Below, in pieces: positions 26,801 through 39,071 of a stretch of DNA of 64,000 nucleotides. Each line of letters begins with the position of its first letter. Position 1 is the first letter of the stretch. The stretch spans positions 806,001-870,000 of the forward strand of contig BQFW01000001.1 in assembly GCA_020891255.1 (NCBI GenBank), in the 5' to 3' direction. This DNA comes from Entomortierella parvispora E1425. Lineage: Eukaryota > Fungi > Mortierellomycota. Below the pieces are notes generated by a model. That model worked only from the letters and a program-made list of their open reading frames with translations, searched no databases and was not told the DNA's origin. The position numbers were made by a program, and so were the translations under genes.

Positions 26801-28761
26801 TTGGGTATCACCTGCCTTCGCGATATCGTCAACTTGCGTCCTCCAAGTCGGGAACGCGCGCTCGAGATCATCCTTCAGTACACGACACATCCGGAAAAGC
26901 TCCAGCGATCCATTGCTATTGTCACAACCAAGAAATGGTACTTGGAACATCCTACAGTCGGTCCTAAAGTTGAGGAGTTTGCGCTCGCTCAACTGGAGTT
27001 ACTGAAAGATATTGAAGGACCAAATCGCGATGCATTTGAGGAGCGTCGTGACTTGTCTTCGACTCAACCCTACCAAGGTCCTGATGCCCCAGGAATGGAT
27101 GGAGTCGAGATTACTGGTTCAACCTCTGCAGCCCAGCCCCTGGTGAAGACAGAGGTCAAGACTGAGATCAAGATGGAGCCAAGGATCGATCAAGATCACG
27201 TCGGGATCAAGGAGCAGTCGTCTGAACCTTCCTCTCTCCCCCTCACCACCATGCATCACTCTACAGGCACATCCTCCTTGTCATTTGAGCAAGCGACTAG
27301 AGATGCAGAGGATAATATTGGACGGATATTGGACCTGTATTTTTCACTCTGCGCCAAAAACCATGGACTCTTGGGAGTCATGTTTGATAATTACATTTCA
27401 TACAGTCCTTTTGTTCAAAAAGTGATCCGCACCAGGATTCAACCCTTGATCAACTCTATCAAGTCGGACTCGCCCAAGCTTCTGGCCCTTATTCGAAACT
27501 TCCCAATGGGAGCCGAGATGTTGGCTCTGAGAATTGTTGTCCTTCTGACAGATGCTGGTAAGTTTTTTTTTTTTTTTTTTTTTTTTTATGATCCTTCTCG
27601 TTCCTACCAACTGACATGAATTCCATTGTATCATTTCACGTCAATTAGCCAAACCATCTGCAGGTTTGGTGGAGGCAGTCCAGGCTGCTGTCACGCAACA
27701 TGACTTGAATGCCAGGTTCCTGATTCCCATTTTGGGAGGATTGACCAAGGAAGAGGTCATTGCCAGTTTGCCTCGTATTGTCGGCCTGCTGAAAAACACG
27801 GAGCGGGAGCGCAGGATTGTCACAGATGTATTTATCAAGCTCCTTACAGGAACGGCTGGGATTCCAGCCGGAGCATCAGCGGCCGCCTCAGGATCTACGC
27901 AACCGCCAGCTCAAGGCCGCACAGAGAGCACGAGTGGCGCTGCAGGAGCCCTTGTCCCTCAAGCGCAACAATCTGCAGGATCCGCTGCCAACCCCTCAAG
28001 AGGTTTGGTTTTGTCTCCTTCAGAGTTGTTGATCCAACTCCACTCGATGGAAGATACTGTCGGCTGGAAAGCTGCTTGTGAAGGTAGGCAAAAAAAAAAA
28101 AAAAAAAAAAAAAAAATGCCAGCGACACTCTTTACTCCAGTCGAAGAGTTTAATTGTTTATAAGGATACCAATACTGACATGACTTGCTTCTGTTTCTTT
28201 CTTCTGCTTTTCTTAGCCATCGACATTTGCTTTAACCACCCCGAGATTTTCAAATCGGAGATTATTGCAGTGGTGTTGCAACAGCTTTTGGACCAACCCC
28301 AGATTCCTTCTCTATTTATGAGAACTGTAATTCAGGCAATTACTCTTTACAAGAACCTGGTTGGATTCGTCAACAGTATGATCCTGGCCCGACTTGTGGC
28401 CAAAAAGGTCTGGACTCGACCTGTCCTTTGGAAGGGTTTTATTCGCTGTGCAAAGGTGATGCAACCCACTAGCAGCAGCGTTCTGGCCAGTCTGCCCAAA
28501 CCTCAACTGAAGGAAGTCCTGGCCCAGGAACCGTCGTTGAAGGAGAGCGTGGATGCCTATGTCAAGGCGAAATCTTCGGGACGTCGGGTGGGTGGTGGAG
28601 TCACGAAGCAGTTGAATGTCCAGAATGTCGCCGCAGCAGCTGTGGCCGCCCCTGACGCTGCCTCTGCACCTACAGAGAAGGAAGGAAACACTGAGGAAAA
28701 GACTGAACAAGAAGAGACGACAATAGTCAAGTCGGACCCACAGGAAGAGGAGGTCATGTAG
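23866..28761 (+). CDS. PTA1: Symplekin/Pta1, scaffold of the cleavage and polyadenylation complex (multi-exon)
   Basis: RRELALTWLHEEWY, GITCLRDIVNLRPP, FLIPILGGLTKEEVIASLPRIV, SPSELLIQLH, PSLFMRTVIQAITLY, VWTRPVLWKGFIRCAK; Pro-rich insertion. Confidence 0.9.
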
Positions 28762-28904
28762 AACTCTCTATTGAGCATTCCAAAAAAAAAAACAACAAAT
28801 CTTGTAAAATACACCACTCTGTTTTCACATCTTACTCCCATTCTTTTACGACTTTTTTTTTTTTTTCAAAGACTGCGTATGATACAATGGTGTTTTTATT
28901 TGGT

Positions 28905-30313
28905 TTAGAGGACACTTGCCCTTATTGCTCTTTCCCCTCGCTTTTTGGAAATATCCAGTCCATAGTTCTCCTCCAGATAGTCCACAATCGACGGTACTGA
29001 TGAGAGTGAGTTGAACGTCCTGCGCTCTAAAGGACAGGCAGAAAAAGAAGTAAAAAGAATACAAGTAAAGAGTCAATACAGAGTGATGATGCCCTTGATG
29101 TGCGTCCCTGCCTCGTTCTTCAGATCTTCAGTTGGGATGAAAGAAAATAAAAACAATAAAACAATACACAAACAACACATACCAGCGTTGCTCATGGTCC
29201 GTTCAAACATGTACATGAGATGATGATGAAAAATAAACGCGTTCGTGCCATAGCTCAAGGCCAGATCCACATAGTCCTCAATGCACTCCCACGGCGTGAT
29301 CTCGTAGCCGGCATAGAGGGCCGGGTTCTCCAAGATGCCTCTTGCAGACATGGTCCCGTCCACTCCTGTGGCGGCCACGATCCTGTTGGCATCTTCCATT
29401 GTAAAGACGTCGCCGTTGGCCAGCACGGGGACAGTCGAGACTTCCTTGACGAACTTCATGCCCTCTAAAGAAACGGGCTCGGTCGACTTCATTTTCTTGG
29501 TCCGTCCATGCACAGTGATGAAATCCACGCCGACTGACAAGGCCCTCTTGACAAATTCTTCCGTTTCCCTAATGTCATTCACAAACCAATGAAATAAAGA
29601 ATGCATATTGAGTTTTCTCCTGTTCATCCTTTCATCCGATATCATTGAAAATGAGGTTTCATAATGCGTATTGGGGGGGGGGGGGGTCGATCCGTGGTGG
29701 GAATACCTCAGGTCCTTGTGTATCCGGATTTTGATGGAGCATGGAACATTGACTCTGGCTTTGGTCATGCGGATCATATCTCTGACAGTCTCTGGATCCG
29801 ACATCAAATGAGATCCTAGTTTCTCATGGATCGCCCACTTTTGAGGACATCCACAGTTGATGTCGATGCCAGAAACAAAAGGTGCGGCCAGCTCAGCGGC
29901 GTTGGCGAGATCGACGCCGTTGGAGGCTGCAAATTGAATCACGACGGGGTCATCCTGGCGGTTGGTCGAGAACTCGCAGTCGCGGGCGAAATTGGAGGCT
30001 GAGAAGACGTTGGCGAGGATCATGGGTGTGTAGACGATATCAGTGTTGTACCTATCGGGGTTAGAGAAAGTGAGTTATAACTAGTCAAAGGGCCCAACAT
30101 TTGGATCAGCATGGAAAGGGGAAAAACTGACTGCAGAAAAAGAAAAAAAAAAAATATTGAAACGTACCTCCGAACCAGTTCTCGGAATGGTAGTTTGCTG
30201 TAACGGACCATGGGAGCACAGACATTAAGCGGGCGAGTGCGTGTCGAAAAGAGTTGCATGAGATCTGTCCGGGGCATGGGCCCCTGATCGAGGTCACCTT
30301 CGACAGTCGACAT
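28905..30313 (-). CDS. DUS4: tRNA-dihydrouridine(20a/20b) synthase
   Basis: VCAPMVRYSKLPFRELVRRY, YTPMILANVF, GIDINCGCPQKWA, ITVHGRT, PVLANGDVF; the last exon reads ERRTFNSLSSVPSIVDYLEENYG. Confidence 0.88.
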
Positions 30314-30564
30314 GGAGGGGTGCATGCAGGAAGAAAAAAAAAAAAAAAAAAAAAAGTAAAAGAGCAAGAAAGGGCAAAGTCAAGAAAGGGCAGATCAGAC
30401 CCTTAAGTGGCGCTCTTGGCATGTGACCTTCATGGCGATGCATGCCATGCATGCATGGTCGGTTCTTTTCTTTCATTTCTTTTCTTCCATTTCCACACAC
30501 ACACTCATCTCATTTACACGCTCTACATCAACAGACGCATATACTCTCATTCTCTTCTCATTTC

Positions 30565-32278
30565 ATGGCTCTGCAGGAACTGGATGAGCGCGACGATGAC
30601 TATGTCTTTTTATCCGATATCGAATCCGAGCAGGAACCACACTCCTTCGGTGCCGCCCTAGGGTCCCACAACACGGGGAAACATCCCTTGTCTAGGTCAC
30701 GCCCAATTAGTAGCCACAGTGCTGCTGGTCCTTCTTCTGACCAAAGGCGGTCTCAAAACGAGCAGGATCCATCGCGGGAAGGCTCCCAATCGAGCTCAAA
30801 GAGATCATCGAGGATAGAACCACCACGAGCAGAAGATGCTGACGAATTGGACTCTGACCCTGAGGAGATCGAGTATGGCTACGATACCGACATGCTCCTG
30901 ATTATGCCGTCCATGCTGCGCGACTACTCCCACCATGCAACCAACTACCATCCTGAGCTCTGGAAGGCCCCCATCCCTGGAAGCTATTCTCCCCCGCGTT
31001 CTTCGGCACGTCTTCGACAAGAAGGTATCGGGTCATTGGGTCTCTTGTTTTGAGATACTCTTTCTTGTACTCAGCAAAAAGACTTATCTTCGTACCATAA
31101 ACTCCCTAGATCGGATGCTGGATAGAGCAGAACTCTTGAAGAACACAATCCCTCCAACAACCTGCGGGATTTGTTTCGAGTCCTTCACTCCATTTGACCT
31201 TCAACCACAGCAGCAGCAGCCACCTCAACAGGACGAACACAATTTTGCAAACCATATAACCAGTGAGTTGGCCAGTCAGGCCCAGTTTGTCACTTCTTTT
31301 GCGGCTCGACTTGCTCGGTCATTTGCACCACACCATATACCCGGCACTGGATCTGCCTCCACCACGCCTTTGACATCTCCTACAGAGCCCGTACAGTCAG
31401 ACGCCTCATCCTCCACAGCCAACACAGACGTAGGATCTTCTTCGTCAGGGCCCTCCTCATCCTCTGCGCCAAGAGAAACAAGACAACAGCAAAGTGCTCA
31501 ACAGAAACAACAGCGGTTCTCTATGGCGACCACCTCACCCTCGGTCTCCTCCAGGGATATTGGCATCATCATGCCATGCGACCATGGGCTATGTCTGTCC
31601 TGTCTTCAGTCCTATCTAACCAATGCCACCACGAGTGCCTCTGCGAGGGCACCAACTCTATGCCCCCAACCGGGTTGTCGCACCCCGATCCCAACAGAAT
31701 CTGCAGAACTGGTCCTGGACTCGAATTTATTGGAGGCCTGGTACAGAAAACTGGCCGAGATCCACGTGGCGAACAAGGTCTGCTGTCCTCGACCGGAATG
31801 TCAATCGATTGTCGATCTGGATGATCGAGATGGGACGGCGGTCACTTGTCCAGAGTGCAAATCGTCCTTTTGTGCCTCCTGTGCAGTTCCTTTCCATCGA
31901 GGTAACACCAATGTGTTTTTTTTATTTTTTCTGTATCTCATATCTTGTCGTATACTTATTTACTATCTACGACTTTCTTCTATGTTAATCTCCCTAGGCC
32001 TCAGCTGTGAAGAATATCAGAATCAGGCTCATGGTGGTGGATCCGAAGAGGATAGGGCGATGCTTCAACTTGTTCAGGATCGACATTGGCGTCATTGTCC
32101 GTCCTGTCGGTTCGTGATTGAGAAGCAACAAGGATGCAACCATATGGTCTGTCACTGTGGACAGAGTTTTTGTTATGCCTGTGGACACCCTTGGAACGAG
32201 ATGGATGCCCGATGCTCCAGAGACTGCGAGAGCGAAGGCATCCATGATGACATTGGGCTGGACTGCATCATTATGTAA
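30565..32278 (+). CDS. RBR (RING1-IBR-RING2) E3 ubiquitin ligase
   Basis: TCGICFESF...PCDHGLCLSCLQSY...CPQPGC (split RING1); CCPRPEC...CPECKSSFCASCAVPFH (IBR); RHCPSCRFVIEKQQGCNHMVCHCGQSFCYACG (RING2). Confidence 0.9.
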
Positions 32279-32426
32279 ATAATGTTGGACTATTGATTTA
32301 GGCCAAAAGGGATGGAAGATTTTGTACTGTTTTACAATCATCATGAATATATTTTTTAATATTTCTTACGGAGCTTGCTTGCTCTTGAGATGATAAAGAG
32401 TAGTAGGAAGGTAAAGAGCGAGAGGC

Positions 32427-33559
32427 TCAATTGCTCATGTGGCCATCTGCATCCGTAAGAGGGGCCGGACTGGCCATGTGATGGGGTTCTTGGGTATCTT
32501 GCCAGGAAGTGCAGAATTGACAGCGAGTGGCAGCCTTGTTGATCTTTTGGCGGCAATATTTGCACTTGACCTTACTTTTGATGATTTCCTCTTGTTGGAA
32601 TGCTTGAAAGACTGTGCCGGAGAATAGGTGTAGAAGAAGAAGAAAACCGGTATCGAGAGGACAAAGGAAGGAGGGAGTCAGTGCCTTTTTTCATGCAGAA
32701 GAAAACAAGGTTGCGTATGGACGATGGGGAGGGGAGGGGAACTGACCTTTGACCAAAAGAAAGAGGACAAATGATACAATGAAAAAGTTGACAGTCATCT
32801 GGACGAATCGTCCATACGCGATACAAACAGCACCATCGTCGTGGGCTAAAAGAGAGAGAAAAAAAGTGCACAAGGTTTGGATTTAGGACCTTGAGAGGAT
32901 CGCCTTCTTGTTCTTTCACACACATGACTCTTTTTCTCCATTTGTCTCTTGCTTCATCTCCTTCCCTGCAAATCAGCTTGATGAAGGGCGGGTGGGGATC
33001 CGTACCTTGCTTCAAAGTCAGATAAACGGCCGACGCATTCTTGCCATCCTGGATTACTACAAACAGATCGTCCAAGCTCGCCTGTCCCAAGGCAACACCC
33101 AAGGGTGGCGAGATGATATCGTCGACCAATGAGTTGACCAGTGCTGTAAACGATGCTCCAATGATCAATCCCACTGCTAATCCAACCACATTCCCATTGT
33201 CGATAAAGTCCTAGTATTTCAAACAAAAGCTGTATGTTAGCTTCACTGACATGATGAGGGGATCAAAGAAAGGTGGTAGCCTTAATAACAGGACCCACTG
33301 CTTCTTTTTTTTTTTGATATCCGGATGGAAAGTAGATAGATACCCTGAAATGCGTCCAAAGAGTTTTGGCTCTTTGAGTAACAACCTCTCCACCGTGCAA
33401 AAGCGAAACCCTAGCTGTATCCTCCGCGTTTTGGACTTCGTACATGAGCCTGTCCCTTCTTGACCCTCCGTATGTATTTTGGTCATAACCATTGCCTCCG
33501 CTGCCAGTGCTATAGCCGTTGCTGTCGCCGTTGGAGTCGCGTCTTGGTGGTGCAGACAT
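32427..33559 (-). CDS. mscL: MscL-family mechanosensitive channel homologue with a C-terminal CxxC-x10-CxxC
   Basis: WTHFR^[38 protein letters not shown] (TM1), [23 protein letters not shown] (TM2), then [23 protein letters not shown]; spliceosomal introns. Confidence 0.9.
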
Positions 33560-34866
33560 AGTGGACGTCTACGTGTATGATAAACGATAAGGACAAAGAA
33601 GGGTGTGGAAGAAGTAGAAAGAGGATGGGAAAAACAGAAAGAAAGAAACAGAAAAGAAAGAAAGAAAACCGCAGATCGACAATCTATCGATCCCAATGCC
33701 GTCCATCTGCTCCTCATCTCCGTAAACACCCAACCAGCGTCAATCGTCATCGTCATCATCGTCACCCCGGGGGGTGGATATCAGGGTCAAGGGCCAAAAA
33801 AAAAAGGGACACAAGGACAGAATCCTCGTTCGGACTGATCATGTGGTGGTTTTCTTCTCTTGTTTAGTGCAATAGGTGGAGGGAGATCTGGTACAAGATT
33901 CAAAGAAGTGCGGGAAGGTAAAAAAAAAAAAAAAAAGGGTCGCAGGCTGTTGGGTTCTGACGGTCAGCCCTCAACACGGAGGAGTGTACGACTGCTAACA
34001 AGAACGTAACGCTGTGGAACCATATTTTTGTGTAATGGTTCCTTTGCAGGATCCTTCGCTTCGTTAGAGCAGTACTTGCACTCTTGAGTAGCAAGAACTC
34101 GCGAGAGCAATCCTGGTTCACAATAGTCGGGGTTGCCGCATGGAGTGAAGGCACAGCACGAAGGGTTCAGCAGTTTTGAATACCGCCAGTCCAGTTGGAA
34201 GATTACCTGTTGTTGCCAAAACGGACGAATCGGCTCTAGTCTCTCAAAGAACTACATTTGAAGAGTCTCACGTTGCCTACTCTCCTGGAATATCTACGCT
34301 CCGAATCGGATATGCCCCCACCCCCTGTCTTGAGCATAGTCAAAAAAAAACAAATCGTTACTGTTAAGTAGGTTTCTTTGTATCGTCCGAGAGTTGGATT
34401 TTTATTTAGTGAATTAGGTGGTGAATGGATATATATGGTACATGGAAGGTCAAAAAACAAGAAAGGAAGGATCGCAGGCTCTTGGGTTCCGACAGCGCCC
34501 AGAAAACATCCTTCTTTGGGAGAAGAAGCGTCTGTTCTCGACCGTAGGAAAATAGTAGAATAAATAAAGTATAAAGTAAGATTGGGGTCGCGTGCTCCAC
34601 GAACTGAGGGGTATCTTTTGAAAGAGGAAGAAGGAGGATCACGCAACATCGGCAGTCGCGGGCCAGTGGTGGTTCCGATTGCCGATTCCTCGGTAGACTG
34701 GGTCTTGATTCGTCGGAGATATGACCACATTGTCCTTCCTCATTCATCTCCGTCCATTGCGTCTCGGCCATAATAAAGTCAATTGGCAGAGTCAGATCCT
34801 GAAAAAATTAATCACATCCACGCAGTGCACGTCCTTGAGCTTGGAAGGGCGATCAACAGGACGGTC

Positions 34867-36248
34867 TTACGGGTGATCATCAACCGAAAGCGAAGAGCGG
34901 GTCACTCGGATCTCAATCCCCGACGGCGGTGAAGACATGAGCGTCTGCCTGTGCTCTACTGTCGTTGTTTGTGTCGTTGGTGCTGCACCATTGTGTGCAG
35001 ACGACTCGGGGGCGTCATGGTAACCAGTGACAGTGACAGGATGGTCTACTGGTGTTAGTGTGGTTGCAGACGCTGTTTTTGCCGTCGAGCTGTCCCCTCC
35101 TCCGCTAGCAGCACCACTATCGTTACTAGTCACAATTCCAAAGCTACTCGATGACCGACGAAAGAAGAGTGACGATCCGCTCTTGATCCTCTCTGCAAAG
35201 TCTCCAATCATGCCGGCAGCCGACGACGATCTGGACCGTGTGCCGCTGCTCTTTCCATTGTTACTGGCAGCTGGAACCATGGACGATGACTGAGAGCGAG
35301 AGTTTCCAGGTCGGAGAAGGCGGTGCTGTGGTTGCAAGGACGCCGTTGAGAGAGCGGCGGCAGCAGCAGCAGCAGCAGCAGCAGCAACCTGTTCCTCCTG
35401 AAGCTGCAGTTGTTGTAACGCTAGCTTTTCTTCCTCCCTTTCTTTGCGTTCTTGGTCTTGTTTGAGCGCAAATGCCTTCTTCACACGTTGCGCAAAAGCA
35501 TCAAAGTTGACGTGCTGTGCCTGGCGATAAGCTGCAAAGGTAGGATACTCCAAAGAATCTGTGGTGTTGCCTCTGGGCCGGGTTTGGAACGTGACATTGT
35601 TGCTGTTGTGTTGCTGATGGCGTGCTCCCTGGGTGCTGCTGTCATCGTCGTCGTCAAAGTCTTCGATCTCTGAGGCAAATCGAGCACCTCGCTGTGGTTG
35701 CTTCTCATCCACCAGAGCTGCTGCGCTTGGAAGGCGAATGGCTGGCGAAGCAGGAAGAGCGTCCGAGCGATTGGGGGAATAGAAGACCACCGGGGTTGGG
35801 ATTGGGGATGGGTTGTAGACAGGCAAAGTCGACTCTGTCCTCGGCGAGGGGATCAGGAACCTGACCATCAGCTGAAAACACAAACACCAGGCATAATGCC
35901 AACAAAATAGAGAAGCGGAACAAAAAGGAAACGAGCGGTTAGAACAGCAGGAAAAGCCCAGATCAAAGACATCAGGGGGGACAGTGAGCGAGGGACGGAG
36001 GAGGGTAAGGAAAGGAGGTTGGCGGATGGGGTCACTGCAAGGAGAGCGAGAAAGAGAGAAAACGAATATCTTACAGAAAAGAGAAGCCAGCATCCAAAGT
36101 AGAGGCCCAGGACGGCACCAAGGACGCCAGAGGAGACGGATCGATGACGACCATACAGCACAGGGAGGGTGATGCAGAGGACAGCTGCTACAACAAAGAG
36201 AGCTCGCTGCACGGGCTTGTGCCAAGGAGGGTAGACATGCTGGAGCAT
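34867..36248 (-). CDS. Hypothetical membrane protein with N-terminal TM segments and a long low-complexity tail
   Basis: MLQHVYPPWHKPVQRALFVVAAVLCITLPVLYG...GVLGAVLGLYFGCWLLFS, introns, then a long open exon containing LEYPTFAAYRQAQHVNFDAFAQRVKKAF and Ala/Ser tracts. Confidence 0.6.
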
Positions 36249-36574
36249 GGCATGTAAGTACGGAATGGAGGAATGAATGAATGAATGAACGAACGAACGA
36301 ACGAATGAGCCAGCAGAGTAAGGGTGGGAGGAACAGGAAGAGGAAGAAGGGGGATGAAGAAGAAGCAGAAGAGTGAAGAGGAACGAGAAGAGGAGGAAAA
36401 GGAGCACTTGAGTTATGACAAAAGGGCCTCTCTAGGTCTCTTTAGGCCCGTGTGATACGCCACCAACAGTGTGTTTGAATTTTTTTTGAAATTTACTTCC
36501 TGTAAGATGGCTTCTTTCTCCTTTCCCTAGATTCACCCTTCCTTATGTTGATATGCTACAAAATGGTCTAATCT

Positions 36575-38795
36575 CTAGCGACGGGGAACACCGCGGCCAC
36601 GGCCACGGGGTGCTCCGCGAGCATTGGCTGCTGGGTTCTGCGAACCAGGGGCCTTGACAGTCTCGTCCACAGACAGGATCAGGCAGGCGGCTTCACAGGC
36701 GGCAGCCATGGCGTTGGTCTTGACCAGTGCTGGCTCCCAAACAAAAGCAAGCATGTTGTCTGCAATCGACTCGGACTCAATGTCTACTCCGTACCACATC
36801 TCTCCCTGCGAGTGCTTTGTCCTCAACTGGTTCAAGATATCCGTGGCATCGAAACCGGCATTGTCACACAACTGGCGAGGAATCACCTCCAAAGCATGTG
36901 CAAAGGCTCCAATGATCAACTGCTGCTTGCCCTCGATCGTGAGCGAGTACTCTCTCAAGTATTTCGAAACCTCCATCTCGGTGGCTCCTCCTCCTGCTAC
37001 CACCAAAGAGTTCTTGATCGCGCGACGGACAATCATGATGGCATCGTGCAACGAACGCTCAACCTCTGCAATGAACTGCTCAGCTCCTCCACGCAAGATC
37101 AACGTGCAGGTCTTGGCCTTGGTGCAGCCCTGGAAAAAGTTGAAGCGCTCGCCTCCGATCTGCTTCTCCTCAAAGGTCTCGCACTGACCGAGATGCTTAT
37201 CCTCAATGTCGGTGCAGGTCGACTGAATAGAGCCTCCAACAGCCTGAACAACACGGTTCAAATCCGAGGCAGGGACACGACCGGCACAGAAGATGTCGCG
37301 ATCAGCAAAGTACTGGGTGGCCAAATCTCCAATGGGCAACTTTGAAAGGACGACCTTGGCGCCAGTGTTGACAATAGCCTCCAACTTGTCATAAATGATC
37401 TTCCACTCGGCGTCGACAATCTTTTGGTACTCCTGTAGTGTTGATGATTCCCAGAAGATCGATATAAAAATAAACACGGTCCAGTAAGCGCCGATAGCAC
37501 AGGAGAACAGAAAAAAATAAAGGAAGGGGCATTGGGTCAATAAACGTCACCATAACAGACAACAGACATCATTTGCATTAGCTCCAAACAATGGCATCGA
37601 CCACCTACATCAACAGCCTCGACACGGACTTCAGCGTTATCGCGCTCAGCCTTCAACTCCAACTCGACGTTCAAGCAAAGAACCTTGGGGTCCTTGAAGC
37701 TCTTGGGCTGCTGCTCAAATCCGGCGTACGAGAAGGTCTTCTTGAAAGCGACACCGTCGATCAAAAGAGAATCCTGCATGGCACCTCCAGCAACCTTCTT
37801 CATGCCGATCAAGTTCTCATCCAAGTCGTCCTGGTCCAAGTGCAAAACGGCATCGACAACCATCTTTGTGAAAAAGTCTGTCTGAGAGTGGATCAACTTG
37901 GAGGACATGGCAGTGGCGGCGCACTTCTCCAAAAGCGAGCGGAACTCGGTCTCGTCCTTGCGCTCCACACGAACAGCAATCTCCTTGACCTTGTTGATGG
38001 CCAACTGAACAGCTCTGCGGTAACCCTTGATGATGACCTGAGGTGAGACACCGTCCTCGACATAGGATCGGATCTCCTTCAAAAGCTCTCCGGCCAACAA
38101 AACAACAGAGGTGGTACCGTCACCGACCTCAGCATCCTGAGATCTGGCAATGTCGACCAAGGTCTTGGCAGCGGGGTGAACAATATCGAGCAACTTCATG
38201 ATCGTGGCACCGTCGTTGGAGATGGTGACAGCGCCTAGCGTTTGCCAAGAATAAGGGTGTTTAGTATAGAAAGAACTAGATCATTCCTGGCTTTGAGTTG
38301 GCTTGCCAGGTTCTTGATCTGCCGTACCTTTCTCGTCAACAATCAGCTTGTCCATGCCGCGGGGTCCAAGAGTGGTGCGCACAGTGTCGACGACAGCCAA
38401 GCAGGCGTTAATGTTAGACAAAAGCTGACCCTTGCCCTGGGATGAGTCTGTACCATCCTTCAAGAGGATAATTTGAGGTTGCTAAAAAAAAAAGACACGC
38501 AACGACAACAACCACACAAAAAAAAAAAAAAAAAGGTTACTTGTCGAGTTCAACAGATATGGTTGACATGCAGCGCATGGTCAGCATTGAACCGCATGAT
38601 GGATGCGTCCGTGGTCCCGAGATTCAGCATTTCATGACGCGAAATTGGATGATTTGGCATGTTCCTGGGAAATGTTGCGTGCGTGTTGATCTGACGAGTG
38701 ATCAGACATCTCGTGTCGTTTTCCTGCACGGCAGTGTCGATGGGGCAGATCAGCACGGGCGGTGTTATTACCATCATCTGCTGTTGACGTGACAT
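36575..38795 (-). CDS. CCT7: T-complex protein 1 subunit eta
   Basis: [98 protein letters not shown]. Confidence 0.97.
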
Positions 38796-39071
38796 GTTGA
38801 AAGAACGAGGGGAGGGAGATGAAGAGGGGAGGGAGAGGGAGAGGGATGAGGAAATGAGATGGATGCAGGCTGCAGAAGATGGAGAGGCCAATGGAACACC
38901 GATGAAGGACCGCCACCATCTTCGAGGGGGGAGCGCAGTGGCTGAGCAGGAGAGACGGGACTTTTTTTATTTTCTATTCCATGTGGAATAAACTATCCTC
39001 TATATTTTACTCTCTATTCTCGCGCGTCGTAGCTCTCTGTTCGTTTGCTCTTTCCCCCATCTGCCGTCTGC

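Noticed and set aside
34236-34771. ORFs 34236-34730 and 34406-34771 as a separate gene
   Set aside because: Overlapping frames with no recognisable domain, running into intron- or UTR-like T-rich sequence; cannot be supported without transcripts.
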